Shown in pieces: positions 62,399-64,000 of a stretch of DNA of 64,000 nt. Each line of letters opens with the position of its first letter. Position 1 is the stretch's first letter. Origin of the DNA: an uncultured Lentisphaerales bacterium (GTDB lineage: Bacteria > Verrucomicrobiota > Lentisphaeria > JABSQK01 > UBA12247); NCBI GenBank assembly GCA_943788985.1, contig CALSSJ010000017.1, positions 64,001 to 128,000 of the forward strand, read 5' to 3'. Below the pieces are notes generated by a model. That model had not been told where the DNA came from and made no database searches. It was given only the letters and a program-made list of their open reading frames with translations. A program made the position numbers and the translations under genes.

Positions 62399-62557
62399 CT
62401 CTTTCACTCCGGGATAGCAGCCGGACCACTGCCCTTCACTCCTCCCACGACGCAAAAATCCGGGCGAGCCGCCCGCGGCGGCCCCACCTTCAGAGATCTT
62501 GGGTTGCGGCGCTAAGCATTCCGTGGATGGCTTGCCCGCGCGGTCTCGCGGGCGGGT

Positions 62558-63784
62558 CTATTCGAATTCTCGGGGCGCCACTTCGCGGTCGCGAATTCCG
62601 ATCAAATATAACAACGAATCGAGCCCAAGAGTGCTAATTGAATTCTTCGCACGTTCTTTCACGATCGGTTTTGCGTGAAACGCAACGCCCAGTCCTGCTA
62701 GATTGATCATGGGCAGATCATTGGCACCGTCACCGACTGCGATCGTCTGCTGTAACTGCAGCCCTTCTCGCGCCGTAATCTCCCGCAGCAAATCGGCCTT
62801 GCGCTGACCGTCCACAATCGGCAACACAACCCGCCCCGTGACCTTGCCATCTTCGATTTCGAGTTCATTGGCGTACACATAGTCGACGCCAAACCGCTCC
62901 TTCAAGTAGTTGCCGAAATAAGTGAATCCACCAGATAGAATCCCGATCTTGTAGCCAAGATCCTTCAGGGTCGTAGTCAGCCGCTCGAGGCCCTCGGTCA
63001 GGGGCAGATTCTCCGCGATCTCTCGCAGCACCGACTCATCTAGCCCTTTCAACAACGCAACGCGCCGACGAAACGACTCGTTGAAATCCAGCTCACCACG
63101 CATCGCAGATTCTGTGATCGCCATGACCTCGGCACCAACGCCTGCATATTTAGCGAGCTCATCAATCACTTCTGCCTGGATCAGTGTCGAATCCATATCA
63201 AATACCACGAGACGGCGAGTTCGGCGGTAGGCATCATCGACATGAATTGCGATGTCGATACCAGTCTGGGTAGCAATCGCCATGAGTTTAGATCGAATCT
63301 CATCCGGCTCACTCGGATGGCCAGTGACCGAGAGTTGAATTGCGGCACGAGGCTTGTGCGCAGTCTGGGCGAAACTGATGCGACCGGAGAGCCGGGTAAT
63401 CACGTCGATATTCAGCCCTTGGTTCGAGATCAGTTCCGAAACAAGGCTAATCTGCTCTGCGGCAATGTGCCTGCCCAGCAAGGTAATGATGCGTCGCGGT
63501 TTTCCCTGGCGGCCGACCCACTCTTCATACACGTCGTCGGCGACGTATCGGCTGGTCACCTCAATGCCGAAGCGATCTGCTTGCTCCGCCAACTCTCTTT
63601 CCAGGGCAGCCTGGTCGTGCCCGATCGGGAGGCGAACCATGATGCCCAACGCGAGATGACGATGAATCACAGCCTGGCCAATATCCAGAACTTCTGCTTG
63701 GTAATGGCTAAGCAAGCGCGTGAAAGAAGAGGTCAGTCCCGGCCGGTCACGCCCGGAAATATTAATGATCTTGATCCGTTTCAT
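62558..63784 (-). CDS. serB: Phosphoserine phosphatase with two ACT domains
   Basis: GRDRPG, FDMDSTLI, LSGGF and GDGANDL. Confidence 0.96.
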   Translation of the reverse strand: MKRIKIINISGRDRPGLTSSFTRLLSHYQAEVLDIGQAVIHRHLALGIMVRLPIGHDQAALERELAEQADRFGIEVTSRYVADDVYEEWVGRQGKPRRIITLLGRHIAAEQISLVSELISNQGLNIDVITRLSGRISFAQTAHKPRAAIQLSVTGHPSEPDEIRSKLMAIATQTGIDIAIHVDDAYRRTRRLVVFDMDSTLIQAEVIDELAKYAGVGAEVMAITESAMRGELDFNESFRRRVALLKGLDESVLREIAENLPLTEGLERLTTTLKDLGYKIGILSGGFTYFGNYLKERFGVDYVYANELEIEDGKVTGRVVLPIVDGQRKADLLREITAREGLQLQQTIAVGDGANDLPMINLAGLGVAFHAKPIVKERAKNSISTLGLDSLLYLIGIRDREVAPREFE

Positions 63785-63793
63785 TTACGCTGC

Positions 63794-63972
63794 CAGCCTG
63801 GATAATTCACGCGATTCGTAGCGAGAGACCGTAAGGTGCTTGCTATCAGCTGCTTGCGGTAGTAAGACAGGTGGAGTGGTATCGAGATACGTCGAATTTG
63901 TCGAACAACGCAAGGTGTTGAGAGTGAGTGCATTACGGCCTCATGGTAGATTCGCGTGAATTATTCAGGCTG
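63794..63972. repeat. Long imperfect palindrome / MITE-like element
   Basis: 24-bp terminal inverted repeats matching 22/24 (CAGCCTGGATAATTCACGCGATTC / GATTCGCGTGAATTATTCAGGCTG), with imperfect pairing extending ~65 bp per arm. Confidence 0.65.
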
Positions 63973-64000
63973 AAGTCCGATTTCTGTGTCAGCGCCGGGG

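Overview
A 64 kb, GC-rich bacterial chromosomal segment. Gene content suggests a PVC-superphylum organism, probably Lentisphaerota or similar (WD40 Ser/Thr kinase, sulfatase and Asp-box remnants, DPxAAxxW-repeat protein); this taxonomy is inference only. Most genes are housekeeping or envelope-related: a nucleotide-sugar dehydrogenase, leuA, a WecA/MraY-like transferase, tRNA-Val(TAC), larE, mutY, recQ, pgsA, gph, dapF, grpE-dnaJ-ydbH, infC-rpmI-rplT, rhaB, xerC and serB. Accessory genes include a C5-methyltransferase plus tandem-repeat HNH endonuclease pair, an HlyD/ABC exporter pair and a TMTC-like glycosyltransferase cluster. Two kinds of broken gene are present. The first is about 12 extra-base frameshifts in G/C runs, confined to the first ~24 kb and most likely sequencing errors. 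The second is about seven decayed remnants with stops, deletions or truncations. I saw no CRISPR array, rRNA, prophage or intact transposase. Nothing here is demonstrably a new system. The best candidates for follow-up are the MTase-HNH pair, a structured leader before the ATT-start infC, a ~180-bp palindromic MITE-like element upstream of serB, the TMTC-like glycosylation cluster, and a WecA-linked lipoprotein with a degenerate GH18-like motif.
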